A DNA stretch of 63,111 bases, the filler included, from Octopus bimaculoides (lineage: Eukaryota), in the NCBI RefSeq assembly GCF_001194135.2. It is 10 parts of 9 records of this genome, joined end to end, with 100 filler letters (N's around TTAATTAATTAA, not from the genome) between each part and the next. Parts side by side here need not be neighbours in the genome. Positions count along the whole stretch, not along the records: positions 61,030 to 63,111 come from NW_026384549.1; 9 more parts are not named here. The stretch is one strand, 5' to 3'. Each line of letters opens with the position of its first letter. Position 1 is the stretch's first letter. The notes beneath the pieces were generated by a model that had not been told where the DNA came from, made no database searches, and worked only from the letters and a program-made list of their open reading frames with translations. Shown here piece by piece: positions 62,370 to 63,111 of the stretch. Both the position numbers and the translations under genes were made by a program.

Positions 62370-62610
62370 CAGTTGTCAAGCTCTGCATCTATATATATAT
62401 ACATGTGTGTATATATATATATATATATATGTATATGCACAGAGACATACAATGGCCTTTCAATTTCCGTCTATCAATTCCACTCACAAGGTTTTGGTCG
62501 GCCCGTGGCTATAGTTGAAGACACTTGCCCAAAGTGCCACGCAGTGGGATTGAACCCAGAACCACGTGGTTGGGAAGCAAACTTTTTACTATACATCCAC
62601 GCCTGTACCT
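62370..62610 (-). mobile_element. SINE family A 5' half; another at ~62905-63065 (-)
   Basis: GACACTTGCCCAA(A/G)GTGCCACGCAGTGGGA...CCAC(G/A)TGGTTGGGAA. Confidence 0.85.
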
Positions 62611-62635
62611 GTGTGTATACATACGTACACATATA

Positions 62636-62847
62636 CAGGGTGTCCACAAAGTCTGGGTACATAGAGTAAATTAAATCATGGCATAAACAATTAAATATAA
62701 GAAATAATAATTTCTTAAAGTATGTGTTAATCCCCATGTGGGTACATGGAGTAAATAAAATCATAACATAAACAATTAAATATAAGAAATAATAATTTCT
62801 TAAAGTATGTATTAATCCCCATGTACCCAGACTTTGTGGACACCCTG
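62636..62847. mobile_element. Tc1/mariner-type MITE with perfect TIRs and an internal 85-bp tandem duplication
   Basis: TA|CAGGGTGTCCACAAAGTCTGGGTACAT ... ATGTACCCAGACTTTGTGGACACCCTG|TA. Confidence 0.9.
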
Positions 62848-63068
62848 TATATATGCTTACACACACACACATATGGACACACAGACATTCATATATATTA
62901 TATATAAGAGGTGCTTCTCTCAGTTTCCATCTACAAAATCCACTGACAAGACTTTGGTCTGCCCAAGGCTATAGAAGACACTTGCCCAAGGTGCCACGCA
63001 GTGGGACTGACCCCAGAACCATGTGGTTGGGAAACAAATTTTTACCACACACCATGCCTGTATCTGTC

Positions 63069-63111
<43 letters not shown>

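Noticed and set aside
7864-62514. Long ORFs in the track (up to 384 aa)
   Set aside because: They span N-runs or microsatellites (poly-X, YIYI, HTHT, CVCV).

Overview
AT-rich, repeat-saturated, gappy (~15% N) eukaryotic draft sequence. Its SINE, LINE and microsatellite content matches what I recognise from octopus genomes (inference, no database search). No complete gene is present and most ORFs in the track are microsatellite or gap artefacts. The window is dominated by several tRNA-derived SINE families and by fragments of Penelope-like (PLE), R4/Dong-like, RTE, CR1/L2, Gypsy, Tc1/mariner (incl. DD37D), hAT and Helitron-like elements, plus MITEs. Main signals: (1) several hammerhead-ribozyme cores tied to PLE-type tails, including a well-formed minimal type I hammerhead at 19112-19159 and a tRNA-headed element with a hammerhead tail in head-to-head inversion at 5283-5780; (2) short minus-strand exons, not resolved by the ORF track, whose translation resembles an MFS transporter (28977-29314, possibly 39205-39329 and 41600-41733); (3) long fold-back palindromes, two recursive-splice-like motifs, and CpG-poor/CpG-rich blocks that switch at artificial N50-TTAATTAATTAA-N50 scaffold linkers. 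SINE coordinates are approximate.
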